A DNA stretch of 63,028 bases, counting the filler, from Lenisia limosa (taxonomy: Eukaryota > Protista > Breviatea), in assembly GCA_001655205.1 (NCBI GenBank). It is 9 parts of 9 records of this genome, joined end to end, with 100 filler letters (N's around TTAATTAATTAA, not from the genome) between each part and the next. Parts side by side here need not be neighbours in the genome. Positions count along the whole stretch, not along the records: positions 6,404 to 24,364 come from LPNZ01002577.1; positions 24,465 to 28,398 come from LPNZ01006444.1; 7 more parts are not named here. One strand, given 5' to 3'. The position numbers and the translations under genes are program-made. This document shows, piece after piece, positions 11,253-24,465 of the stretch (positions are counted from its first letter, which is position 1; each line of letters begins with the position of its first letter). The notes beneath the pieces were generated by a model that saw only the letters and a program-made list of their open reading frames with translations, searched no databases and was not told the DNA's origin.

Positions 11253-14200
11253 ATGGCCCAGCTTCTTCCTTCCATTCTTGTAGGAGTTGTTTCCTTCTCC
11301 CCACCGCTCACATTCTTAGTTTGATGTTTCTAAAAGCGAGGCATACCAGCCCACAAACGGTCTGAAGAAGTTAGCCAAGCAACTGAAACGATCATTTCGC
11401 ATTCTCCTGTTTGTTAGGATGTGAGATGCCGCTCCTTTGTGGAATCAGCAGAGCAGGGGAGGGCCACCGAATCAATTCCCAAGCATTATTTTGTGTTTTC
11501 TATGGGATACTTTTGGAGTTTCTTTTTTACTTTAGTTGCTTTCTCCTTATTGTGTTGTTTTTCGTTTTCTTTTTACTGTCCAGAAACAAAGACGATATTA
11601 GTGAGACCACTTTCGATGGAGTTGACATTTTCGTGATACCAGCTCCTCAAGCCAAGTTCACCCTTGATGAGGTTGGCTCCATTGTGGTCGTTGATATGTC
11701 GTATACATTGGGANNNNNNNNNNNNNNNNNNNNNNNNNNNNNNNNNNNNNNNNNNNNNNNNNNNNNNNNNNNNNNNNNNNNNNNNNNNNNNTCATGTCTT
11801 CCTTTTGCTCCTATTCCGCTCTAACGATGTAGTTCGAGGCACTGAAGAACTTCGTTCATTCTGGCGGATCAGTTTTTGTCTCTTTTGAAGAGGGAGGCGA
11901 GGTTGGTCAGAAGGATGAATATTCCCTTTCTGACCCGTTGCAGACTGAAGCTGGAACTAATATCAACTACTTCCTGGAGGAGTTTGGTGTTGTTTCCAAC
12001 AATGACTCTGTAATCCGAACAGTTTACTACAAATATCATCATCCTAAGGTGGGTAGCGTCTCCCTGTTTCTTTCGTAAATTTTACTAACCATATTGTTTA
12101 GATACTATCAAGCGTATTGCCTAAAGCGACAATATATTTGTGTGACACTTTCAGGAAGTCCATATTGCCAACGGAGTAGTGAACCGAGACATTCTCCGAG
12201 CCAGCGGCAAACATGTCCCTGAAAGGGGCCAGCTTAATGAGAGCATTGACATCGCTACTATCGGAGCGGATAACGAAACTGAAGATACGTAGGATGGGGA
12301 AAACGTGTTTTCTGGAATTGAAAAGCTGAGCACAAAAGTGCCATTTGATCTGCTCACTTTGCAGTCTTCCCTTCGTGTTCCCCCATGGCTGTACGCTGAA
12401 CGCCCAAAACCCCGCCGTCACCATCCTCTCGACTGGCCCCATTTCCTACCCCGCCAACCGTCCGGTTGCCACGCTCTCTGACCTCACGGTGCGCGGAGAT
12501 GACTCTCTTAATGTGCAACCACTGCCCGTCGAATTAGATGGCGAATAATGAATAAAATGCTGCAGTTATAATAGCTTTCGCAAGTATTGTTGCTATTTTG
12601 TTAAACAAGCTTCCTCTATCAGTGTGTTTTCTATTTTGTTTTTCTTATGATGTGTTTCCTATTTGGAATGATTGGATGGGAAAATTGCATAATAAAAAAC
12701 ATGATGGTTTGGAGCTTCGGTCAGATACTATCTTTTTAATTCACATTTACTCATGTTTGGAATATTCTGCCCCCCAACAGCACTTTTGACACGATAGTCG
12801 TCCGGCAGCGGTCGTGTGCTGACCCTCGGCTCCACTCAGATCATGACGGACAGCTGGATCGAGAAGGAGGACAATTCTCTTCTCATGGTAGGATGGGAAT
12901 TGCCCTGTGTTAGCTAACCAAGGGGTTTTATGTTTGCCAAAACATAATGAACAAAGTTGTCCAAATAACATCATAATTGAATGTACAATATTATCTGGCA
13001 TTTCTCTGACATTGTAGCAAACGCTCTTCAAATGGCTGGCTAATAGCGACGAGGTTACCCTCAATGAGAGTGAGGATCACAGTTCTTGTTAATGTTTCTA
13101 GTTTTGTCCTCCTCCTCCCCACTTTGATTTTTATTTCACAATTCACCCATTAGTTGACGCTGGGGACCCAGATATCGCAGACTATCAGTTTGTACCTGAT
13201 GTCCAAGCCCTATCAAACCGATTGAAGGCGTGTTTACATGTGGGGGGTCGTTTTTCATCATATTTTATTACATGCTTGACTTCGAAAATGAAAAGTATGA
13301 TATATATAGTAATATTTTTATCGGGTATTCTTGTTTGGTACATGTAAGGGTGAATATATTCGGCTTTGACTTGAATAACCTGCATACAGGAGTCAGAGGA
13401 ACTGCCAAAAGACTTCCGCGAGCTGTTCAACAACGAAACTTTCTCGTTCACCACCAAGCACATCCCCGATGCCATCGCTCTTTACGACAAATTAGACATC
13501 CAGAAGAGTCCACTTACGCTCATTCCACCCCAGGTCTGCCGAATCTTGTAGAAACTTGGAGATATTATTTTGTTCTATTCTTGCCCTGTTCACGCCCTCC
13601 CCCCTGCAGTTCGAAACCCCCCTTCCGCCCCTACAGCCCGCCATCTTCCCGCCGCTCTTTGCCGAGCCGTTGCCACCGTCTTTGGAGCTCTTCGACCTTG
13701 ACGGCGAGTTCGCCTCGCAGAAGTCGCAACTGGCTGCACTTGCAAACAAATGTTGGCGGCAGCGGGGGTACTGAGTGGACAGAAGGCTTTAATGTTCATT
13801 TTACCTAAGTTCGAACTCTCTCTTTTGGGGTACAGNNNNNNNNNNNNNNNNNNNNNNNNNNNNNNNNNNNNNNNNNNNNNNNNNNNNNNNNNNNNNNNNN
13901 NNNNNNNNNNNNNNNNNNNNNNNNNNNNNNNNNAACCGCCCAGGCCAAGACAATGATATCGATTTCTTTATAAACGAAGCCGGAAGAATCCTTGGGATCA
14001 ACCAGAAACTCAAGGGTTGGCAAGGGATGTGTACATATATATGAGTACAATTCTTCCGCTTATACGATCATATTTTCTGTTAATAATGGTCAAGCTCAAT
14101 TTGATATAGCCTGGTATTGTTCATGTGAATTATTTCAGGGGGGGGGGTGTCTTACTGTTGATGGTCTTTTTTGACTTTCAGAAAACGAGGGCAATCCGAA

Positions 14201-14258
14201 GTCAGTTCTGGAGCATGTGCTTAAGACTATTGTGAGGTGTAAAAAGAATCAGTATTAG
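11253..14258 (+). CDS. IFT52: Intraflagellar transport protein 52
   Basis: MAQLLPSIL|FDVSKSEAYQPTNGLKKL; FDGVDIFVIPAPQAKF; EEFGVVSNNDSVIRTVYYKYHHPK; FVFPHGCTLNAQNPAVTILSTGPISYPANRP; FETPLPPLQPAIFPP...LELFDLDGEFAS; DIDFFINEAGRILG; PKSVLEHVLKTIVRCKK. Confidence 0.93.
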
Positions 14259-14879
14259 TTAAATGTATTTTTAGTTGTTTCCCCCAAGCTCAGGGATTTC
14301 GTAATAGGGATTTCATACTAGATAACGCCTTGTTCCCCTCTAGCCTAGCCTCATTTGTCGTTATGAGGTTTTTTTGAAACAAGAAGTAATAGACACATTA
14401 AAAATAGGGGAGGGTAGACAGAGGAGTAATATTTGGTTATAAAGAAGCCAATCCCGTCCATCCAATGAAAGAAATTCGTTTTTTTCTTGCCTGCGTTTCC
14501 ACCATTTTTCCTTCCATTTTCACCATTTTCCGATTCCTTTTCTATTCCTTTTATATCAGTCAGTGAGATATCAGTTTGTTATCCAGAGAGGGACTGGAGA
14601 GTATCAAACAATAGGATTTGACACAAACCGAGAGAACTTGAGCAGCAGCACGTTCTCTCCTGTTCTCATCTTGGATAACGTTTCATAGCCAGTTTATAGC
14701 TCGGGGCTCTCAGGGCTGGTTCCCCGTCTCCAACAACTTTTTATTTTGTTCTCATGAAGATGAATTTTAAGGATGTGGGTCTTTCTTCATTTATTCCCTT
14801 TTTCACATTCTTGCTTCTTTTACAGTTGTATTATTGACAGTTTCTTGCTACTTGTTCCTTTTTCTTTCCTTCCTTCAGG

Positions 14880-17800
14880 ATGACGGGTTTAGAAGTGAAG
14901 AGGCCCGAAATGTCTGGCGAGTTGCCCTTTGGCTGGGGTGGGTTGGCAATGTCACTACCTCACATATGCTTGTGTTCTTCTTGTGCCTTGGAAACTATGA
15001 GTGTTGTTTTGGTCTTACTTACATTGTGTATGAATTTTCAGCTGTGTACAGGGAGTTATTAAGCAAGTGATTTGGAGTATTCATAGTCCTTGTATCAATA
15101 CCTCATAAACTTGATAGCATGGACTGCTTCGGGGTTCTTTTCTCTATATTTATAATGTGTATTTTCTATATTTACTATGCAATATTATATATTGTTACTT
15201 CAAGAGTTTGTTACTGAGGAGTGTGACTTGCTGGGGTTTGTTTGTTTCCTCTGAGTTACAAGCACAGCACCTTTGATTTCTGTTGTCTCATTTGTTATTC
15301 ACCTTGCATGCATAGAGCTTAAGACCACTCCTCAAGGAAAGGTGTACTATGTGAACCACGTCAACAAGGTCACGCAATGGGAGTGGCCAACGGAGGAGGT
15401 CTTGCCCGAACATTGGGGTGGGCATGGCTGTCTCTTCTTCCCATCCTTTAATTTCCCCTGCTTGATGCAATACAGCCTGAGGTACAGCTTACGTTCTAGA
15501 GAAGCTCTACCAGCCCAGTGGCAGGGCCTACTACGTCAACCATGAGACCAAGGTCACTCAGTGGACCTCGCCGTTGTCCTCTTATGGTGGCCACTTGCTG
15601 GAGTATCTCCCATCGTTATAAATATCTCCTATAATATAAATATCTCTTATAAGCGTGNNNNNNNNNNNNNNNNNNNNNNNNNNNNNNNNNNNNNNNNNNN
15701 NNNNNNNNNNNNNNNNNNNNNNNNNNNNNNNNATGAATGGAATTTTCCTTGTTTCTTTTCAAGTTTTCTCTCACCCATTCAGTGCCCGCGGCACAGGCAA
15801 CATCAGCCGCACCAGCAATTACCCTCATTGTTCCCGATGGATGGGGTCTGATGGGCTGAAAATAGTCCAGATAGCAACATTGATTCTCGTTCTTCTCATA
15901 TTTTGATTGTTAGATTCTGCTCTATGTAGAAAGGAATCTCAAAGTCTTCTTCAAGTTATTTGACCACTTGTAGAACAGCGACACACCCCCTCAGGCAAGC
16001 CCTACTATGTCAACCACATGACTAAAGAGACGCAATGGCACGCACCAACGCAAGATTCTGGTTGGCAAAAGGAATTCACCCACTCTCGGCCAGCCAATTC
16101 TCCACTAAAAAAAAGCATCACCACCAGTAACTTCATCTCCGTCCATCCCTCCACCGATTCCACCAAGAGCCGACCTTTCTGCCCCCGTAGAAGACCTTCC
16201 TGACGGCTGGGGTACGAGGTTGCCGAAGACGGAATACCTTTTGTTTTTTTAGTGATGGTTTCGAATTCTTCATCGATTCTTGTTTTTTTTATAATCATCA
16301 TATTAGCAACAGGTTATTTACCGCGCACGTTTATTACGCCCGCCTTACGCCATTTCAGAGGTCCGTCGGACAAAAAAAGGGCGGAAGTACTACGCCAACA
16401 CCGCCACACAGTCCACACAGTGGGACAAGCCTACTCAATCAGGTACGCGGCTAACAATAGGAGTCATGCTTTAACGGTGTTTTATTTTTGACAATAGACC
16501 CAGAAAGTTCCTTGTTTCAATTATGGTGATGTTAAATATTGACATTCAGTGTTATGGTCTTAATGTTCCTCTCACATCTCAGCATATGAACCAGTTGCTG
16601 CACCTAAGCCTGAGCTGACACCTCAGGTATCACTGGATCCGTATACATATAATATACTATGATATTTCCTACTATATGTCATATATTAGCGTAGTATACT
16701 GTCTCTAGTATATTGTCTCTATCTCACTGTTATCTTTCAGACTTTTATGGCAAGCCCGAGTTCACCTCCTTGCTCGGCACCCCCCAATAGAACAAAGTAA
16801 GTATTTGGCTTTGAATTCAAGTAATAAATGTGGGGTGTGAAACGGACCTGTTCAGGCTTTTGTTTCTTATCTCAGGGTATTTCTGTGATTTATTTCCTTC
16901 TCGTTTCCATTTACTCTGCAGCCCTTGGGCGAAGTCTCCAACAAATACCCCCATTTCTCCGCCAAAACCAAGTAGGATGTTTCTCTCTTTCATTTTACGT
17001 ATCCACTTATTTGGAGGAGTGCCGCAGCCCGATTAGAAGCAGCGCATGACAGTGCATGACAGTGCTGACAGTTTAGTTGCGAGACAAAGCACAATGACCC
17101 AGTCTAAGCCTTCGAAAACGCTCAGTGCACCTCTGCCTTCTAACACCGTACATCGCAAGAAACTGGTGAGTGGAATGGGGGGGTATATTGGAGATGGAGG
17201 TTTTTTTGAGAATTATTGAAGACTACCCCCCCCCCCCAGACTCAAAATGTTGACATTCAAAACACCAACATCAGGGCGGGTAAAGTGATCCCCATGTATT
17301 CCCAGGTCTGCAGTGGGAGATGGAAACGGAAAGATATCATTCCTATATTCTAATATTTTCACGTTGATAACATTCCAAAGTCTCCTGTATCTTGAAGGAA
17401 GTTCACTCACCCAGCTCGACACCCCTGAATGCAGTCTCGATCTGGTTCATGACACAGTCTATGATGACCACATCACAACCATTCCATGGACCCAGCGAAG
17501 CGCTCTCCCAGACAGAACCCCCGATCCCCCCACCACCCCCCAGGTTCGCTCTGCTTGTTTCACTCTGAGACAGCTTTNNNNNNNNNNNNNNNNNNNNNNN
17601 NNNNNNNNNNNNNNNNNNNNNAGTTTTCCGACAAGAAGACGTCGCAGTGGTCGTTTGCGAACTATTTAGTCCGTCCGCCGGTCGAGGACACTTCAGCTAT
17701 CAACGAGCCGCTCAGCCTCGACTGTGACACTGAATATGTCAATGAGGTGGGGGTTGTTGTGCCTGTTTGATATTGGATAGCCGTTGCTACTTTCCATTTA

Positions 17801-19295
17801 TGACGACCCCCCTAACTTCATAGCCTCTTGTTATTGATGGCGACACCTCAAAGTACAGCGCAGACACGCGGAGACTGTCTCCTCCCCCCGAGTTCTTCTG
17901 CGACTTCTACATTGACCTCAACATTGATTACCGTCTTGGCGAGAGGGAGGTAGCCAATGATAGAGAGTGGATTTTACAACGGTGATGATAGTAGAGTTTT
18001 CTTTCTCATGTATTATGTATGAGAATTTTGCTTTCAATTGATGTTTCCTGTCCATCCTTAACCTCTGAGATCTTACCGGAGTATGAAGAGTTAGTGCCCT
18101 ACAAAGACCGATCACTTGGTGTTCCTCCGCCGCCGCGCATCCCAAAACTGACTGTGGGTGATTCTTCCCGTTCACTTTGACTTTTCATCTTTCACCTACG
18201 GGAGCGTCCATTCTGTGCTTTTTAACACAGAAAATCACTTTATTTTACTTTGGTAGCAGTCAAAATTATTTTATTTTTTGAAAAATTAAGGGTCATAAAG
18301 CCATCAGTGTAAGGTGAGACTTCAAGGAGGAAGGAAATAATATCCTGTTGATGCCCAAGCTCAATGGAATTCATTGTAGAAACAAAGTGCTATGTAGCGT
18401 CAAGGGTTTTGAAGAAATTAACTTACATCACTATTAGAAACACTGTACAATATGAATGCGAAGGGGGTATATAAATTGACTTGGTGCAGCCAGGGTGTGT
18501 CCCTTTTTGAGACAGCGGCCCAGCCTTTTCCTTGGCGAACTACTGTAAACTGCATACAACCTCAATTAAACTCAGAGTACCTATGAGCGAATCATAATAA
18601 AAAATGTTGAATTCTGGAAATAAGTTGTTGCATGTGTACAACACACCACCAGCAGATCAGTAGCTGGTGTTTATGAATCCTAGACAGTTGCACAAACGTT
18701 TGCGTTCTCCTGTTGATTCACGTAGCCATAGACGCAAGTGTTTTTATGAAGTCGCTAGTTTGTTTTTAAAACTAAAAAGTACAGACTGGACTCAGTAACT
18801 CAACCTATCTTCATCTTATATTGTTGTTTTTCTGCTGTGAAGCTTGTACTACAATACACTCAAAACACTTTAGGCTAGGATGGTGCTGATGATTTAGTTG
18901 GTTTCCCCTCCGCGCCGGTTTGAGCGAAGGCCTCCGCTACCTAAGAAGCCGTCTTTTCCGCCACGGCCTATTGTCCCGGCCAACCCGGCACTATCCTTCC
19001 CAAAGTCCCCTTTCCAAGACTTAGGTGGGGGGGGGGTACTATAATACTGGGGAGGCAAGCAGAAAGCTGAGTGCACAGAGTTGTAAAGCAAATGATTGGG
19101 TGAATTTAACTATAATCCTGCCATAATCCAATATCTCTTAAGCCAGATACCTTGTTTTTATTTCTCATTTCACTAATATACTATATGATATATCATATTA
19201 TATTTTGTCGTACAATTCTTGTCCTCTCTGATTATCAAACCGTTCCCTTGGCTCACCTTGTAGATTCTACTGAGATGTTATTTAAAGATTTGTAA
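14880..19295 (+). CDS. Protein with four tandem WW domains and a long proline-rich C-terminal region
   Basis: Spliced WW repeats: LPFGW|ELKTTPQGKVYYVNHVNKVTQWEWP; LPEHW|EKLYQPSGRAYYVNHETKVTQWTSP; VPDGW|EQRHTPSGKPYYVNHMTKETQWHAP; LPDGW|EVRRTKKGRKYYANTATQSTQWDKP. Later exons are Pro-rich (RRPPLPKKPSFPPRP). The 3' end is tentative. No HECT domain is seen. Confidence 0.8.
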
Positions 19296-19465
19296 TGTAT
19301 CCATTTGAATGGTCAGTTTCAGGATAGGAATGGGGCAAAACGAATGATCCATTGACATTTCAGTTGAGTTTCTAATGTCAATTAATAAAAATCAATAATA
19401 CTCCCAGCGCGTAAAAATGAAAGAGAAAAGCACTCCAAGTGGATGGACATAACTGCATAGTACAA

Positions 19466-22400
19466 CTAGATGACCAGGTCAAGCTCGGGCAGCGAGAACT
19501 TTGTACTGGCTTCGTCAGTGACGCGAGGGAAGGAGGGCACCAGGGCGTCCTGGCTGCCGATGTACATGGTGTTGTAGGTTCTCCAGAAGATCTGACGCAC
19601 ACGGTAGGCGGGGTGGAAGAGTCCTGGATCGTCAATTTCATACAAAACAATCAGAGGCATGTCAAATGGTCAGAGTCAAACCTTGGACAACGTAGAGCAT
19701 GAGCGTGGCAGGGCCGAGGGCTACACGAATTCCTTCAATTGCCTGAATTGGTAAGAAGCAACTGTCGCATTTGGCGTTTAGTCTCACATTGCAACGCGAC
19801 CACATACCTCTTGAACAGCGTTGAGCACATGCATGGAGCCTTCGAAGATGTTGGGCCAGAGATGGTTGAGAATGTGGTAGATAGCGTCCTCGCAACTGGA
19901 TGGTGAGACCAGGATAGTATGCTTGCCAGCAAGCCTAAAACGAAGTATTTTTATCGTCAGAAAGAACCCCATACCCGAGGCCGGAGACGCCAAGGGCCAG
20001 ATGCTTGACTGCAGTGGCAGCAGTCTGTCTATGGATCAAATCACGATCGATCAGGGCGTCGGCAACAAGCGGAGTGATGGAATAGATGTAGTCCTTCGAC
20101 ATTTCGCCGATGTACTCGAACATGAACGACATGGCCTTGAGCACACCGTTTTGCACGTTTTGCTCGGGTACTCTGTATTCGTTCATGAGGGCCTAGGGGG
20201 AGGGGGGGGAGTAAAGCAGGTATACACACATGTGAGATTTCAACCGTTCAAGCATCTGAGAAGCCCAAACAAGTCCACTGCGAACCGGGAGGATGGTGAA
20301 GGGGGAACAGGTCTCCGCAACGATGGCAATGGCGATGGTAGTACACACACTGCAGGGTGAGGAAGAGCAACCATTTTCAAAGTGAAACAGAAAAGAACGT
20401 GAAGTAGTCCGGTCCTGCAAACCGAAGCTGACGCTCCTGTACCTTCAGATTGTTGAGGAGAGTGGTCATGACGTCCTGAGAGATAAGTGCCAATAATAAT
20501 CCCGATTATGACAGAGATAAGCCGGTCTGATTCTTGATATCAAAGCGTGCTCCCCCCCCCCCCCNNNNNNNNNNNNNNNNNNNNNNNNNNNNNNNNNNNN
20601 NNNNNNNNNNNNNNNNNNNNNNNNNNNNNNNNNNNNNNNNNNNNNNNNNNNNNNNNNNNNNNNNNNNNTTCTTATGGGCCTTCAGCAGCTCCAGAAGCTC
20701 ATAACAGATTCTCATCCACTCGCGAGCGGACACGAACTCTGAGCCTCTGTCGGCGATTCTGCCCACCAGGTCAATGCAGTTTTCTTGTACCTTTTCGTGT
20801 CTAAAGAGGTCAGAGCAGTGCGTAGGTTCAGGGGGGGGGGGGTTGATCGATATTCATATTTATCGGAAAATGCTGTCCTTGTTTTCCGGACTGAAGTGAA
20901 GTGGGGCAGTCAAAATTGTTAAAATATAAGCAGATGTACAGTGCTATATTCTCAAATCCGAGTTATGCTATCCTCATTTTATCGTCGTACCTGTTTCTGA
21001 GGATAGGAGTAAGTCTGGGAAGAAGATCCTTGATGGGAGGCTTCATTTTGTGCATACCAATGACATTCACAATGCCCTTCAGTCCCTGCAATTGTGAGAA
21101 TAGGGAATAGAGACAAAAGTGGTTATAATAATAACAACATCAATTAATAATAATAGCCCACGTTGAGGATTGAACCGAGCACATCGGGATACTCTTCTCC
21201 GAGGTATTCGTAGAGCACTGTTCCAAGATGGGCCATCAGGGACTCCTGTCCGCATGCCTGGGGGGCGGCGGTGAGAAAATACATAAGAAAAACACCCCCA
21301 CCCCAAGACAGGGGATTTCAATTCCATGAGATGGATAAATGGACACGTACCTGCATGACAGGGGCAAGACGGCCGACCAAGTCTGCAGCCTGTTGACGGA
21401 CTCGTGCTAAAACGTTAGAAACAATACTACAGGAAGTTGCAGCAAGAAGGGTGCATGCTACCCACTATGATCCGAATTAATTTTATACTATGATACAATA
21501 TCTCTTAAAAGCGTGATGGTGTGGACNNNNNNNNNNNNNNNNNNNNNNNNNNNNNNNNNNNNNNNNNNNNNNNNNNNNAATGGTACCGGAGATCTGGGGG
21601 ATGTAGCTGCCGGCTCTCGAGCCCAGGGCGTTGATGATGGTGCCGAAGGCTGCGAGGGAATAAGAGGCACACAACGTTAAATGGATAGTTTGCGGTTGAA
21701 AGAGTCAAATGGCATGTACCATTGATAGTAGCGCCCTTATCGTCGAGAGTCAGCTCCTGGAAGCAGTACAACATGCCGTCAACAAGGCGTTCCTCCAGAC
21801 GCTGGTCAATGTCGGCAACACCGAGGGACTCGATAATCTACTGCGTTAAGAGGGCAAATAGGAGCAAATTTGTATATCATATGAAACAGACCTTCTCAAT
21901 GGTCTCGAGAGACAGTCTCCTGAAGGGTTCACTTTCGTCCTTCAGCTCCTCAGCAATGCGGTCCACCACCTCACTGCAGCCGACCTTGTTGGCAATCTGG
22001 CCACTGTGAGAATTGCAAACAGGACGCCAAATCAAACCCTGCTCATTTACAATCGTAAAGAGCCCCCCCCCCCACAGCGACGGTGGTCTCAATGATCTGT
22101 TCGTAGTTGCGTCTGTCGAGGGCCATACGACGCACCCAGAAGTGTTTGAAGAAGTCGGGTACAACCTCCTCGCGAACAAACTTGGCGTCAACTCCGTCGG
22201 CCTCCACACACTGCTTCGTGCACTTCGTGACAATCTTCTTCATCTGAACATAGTAAGAAAGAAAAGGGGGCCGCATCAATACAAAAACATGATGCTCAAC
22301 AAAAGACTCCTCCCTCCCACCTCTTCATCGGTATTGGAGAACTCCTTGACGAGGATGGCAGTGACCTCACGAACGTAGTAGTTGGCGTATTCGGCATCCA

Positions 22401-24364
22401 TAAGGGGGATAATGAATCTACAACCATAAGGAACGGTCAAAAGCGGCTTGGTTATGGGCAACAATCAGGAACGGGATTTATTATAACAGAGTGGCCGACC
22501 CACCCGATGGCCTTGAGGAAGGCAGCCAGACCCTTTCCTCTGTGGAGACGAGTACCCTTCCACAGGGGCTTGAGAACGGGATCGAAGGCCTCAATACCTG
22601 CAGGGAGTAAATGCGAAGATATGAAATAGCCAAATATTTAATAGTTCATGGGGCCTCCCATACCGTAGGGGGCGGCAGCTTCGGCAAGGTTACTGATACA
22701 CAGGGCAGTCATTGTACGGACCTGGGGGGGGGGGGNNNNNNNNNNNNNNNNNNNNNNNNNNNNNNNNNNNNNNNNNNNNNNNNNNNNNNNNNNNNNNNNN
22801 NNNNNNNNNNNNNNNNNNNNNNNNNNNNNNNNNNNNNNNNNNNNNNNNNNNNNNNNNNNNNNNNNNNNNNNNNNNNNNNNNNNNNNNNNNNNNNNNNNNN
22901 NNNNNNNNNNNNNNNNNNNNNNNNNNNNNNNNNNNNNNNNNNNNNNNNNNNNNNNNNNNNNNNNNNNNNNNNNNNNNNNNNNNNNNNNCTCAGCCAACCT
23001 GCCACGACTTCTTGGACTGGCAAACAGCCTTGAGGAAGGGCAAGAGCGTTGGCACTCCGAGTGCGGACGCAACAACAGCAAAGGCTCTAACAATGTCAAA
23101 GAGGCAGAAATGAACTATTTATTACACTAGCCAAGTGTATATATTGTATCGTATGGAGGCACGCGGCAAACCTGGCGGTGGTGTTCCTGGCAAGCTCGTC
23201 AGTGGCGTCGATATCGGGACGCATGGTGGAGATCATGGTGGCAAGACCAGCGGCCTTCGAAAGGTTCGAANNNNNNNNNNNNNNNNNNNNNNNNNNNNNN
23301 NNNNNNNNNNNNNNNNNNNNNNNNNNNNNNNNNNNNNNNNNNNNNNNNNNNNNNNNNNNNNNNNNNNNNNNNNNNNNNNNNNNNNNNNNNNNNNNNNNNN
23401 CTCGACACGTGCGTAGTAGTCCTCATCAATAAGGAGGGGCTCGATGACCATGAGAATCTTATGGACGTAGGGACGAACCAAATCGTCAAGACGGTAAATG
23501 ACCTTGTCGATAACCTGCAGAGGTCAAGGGCCTTCAATATGGTTATGATAACCTGCAGAGGTCAAACACCTTCAATATGGTTATGAAGCTCCCTACTTGC
23601 TCTAAAGTTGAATGGCAGCAAAGCCCCTCGAACCTTGACGAGAAGATGTCTTTCCTGCTCTTGGACAGAGGGGTTCATGAGGATGGGCAGAATCTGGTTG
23701 AAGAGTGGGCCGGCACCGAAGTCACGAGCGCTGGTACCGAGAAGCTTTAGGGCTCTCTGGGGTGTGGTCAGAAATACGAATGCCAGGAAAAATATAAATA
23801 ATAATAAGCAGCTACAGAAGAGAAAGTTGGGAATACAGCAAGCAGCATCTCACCTTTCTCTGTTGGGGGGTACCGTTCTTAACGTGGAGAAGGCAACGCA
23901 AGATGACACGCTTCTGTGGGGGGTCAACGATGCAATTAACAGGAGGTGTATTTCCGAAATGTAATATCGAACCTTCTTCTGCTCAGTGGAGAACTCGGGG
24001 TCATTGTCTTCCTTGCCGTCGAGGAGGCAGGCGAAGTACTGCTGGTCTGGAGAGTGAGTGAGGAGTGATGGCCATTCGAGTTTACTACTGTTTCGTTTGT
24101 TAATGTTGGGGTTAGGAAAACACTTGGAACACCAAAAGAGCCAACATAATACGGACATGGGGTTGGTACCTACCTTCGGGTTTGAGAGGGGGGAGGTCCT
24201 CAGCAGCACCGAGAGGTACACCAAAGTCATGGTGCGTGCTATAGGGTCAAATAAATCTTGAATAAAACCCAAGGCGGATTCAATACCCTTATTATGTTGT
24301 GTTATACACCCCCCCACGTTTCAGGCAGGGAGTAGAGTCCGCCGCCGGACTGGAGGTGAGAAGG
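19466..24364 (-). CDS. SF3B1: Splicing factor 3B subunit 1 (SF3b155), 5' truncated at spacer gap, with internal N gaps
   Basis: KNGTPQQRK|[24 protein letters not shown]; [29 protein letters not shown]; [13 protein letters not shown]-like exon; [21 protein letters not shown]; [17 protein letters not shown]; [28 protein letters not shown]; TAG stop. Confidence 0.98.
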
Positions 24365-24465
24365 NNNNNNNNNNNNNNNNNNNNNNNNNNNNNNNNNNNN
24401 NNNNNNNNTTAATTAATTAANNNNNNNNNNNNNNNNNNNNNNNNNNNNNNNNNNNNNNNNNNNNT

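Noticed and set aside
18894-19091. Gly-rich minus-strand ORF
   Set aside because: It is the antisense shadow of a Pro-rich plus-strand exon of the WW gene.
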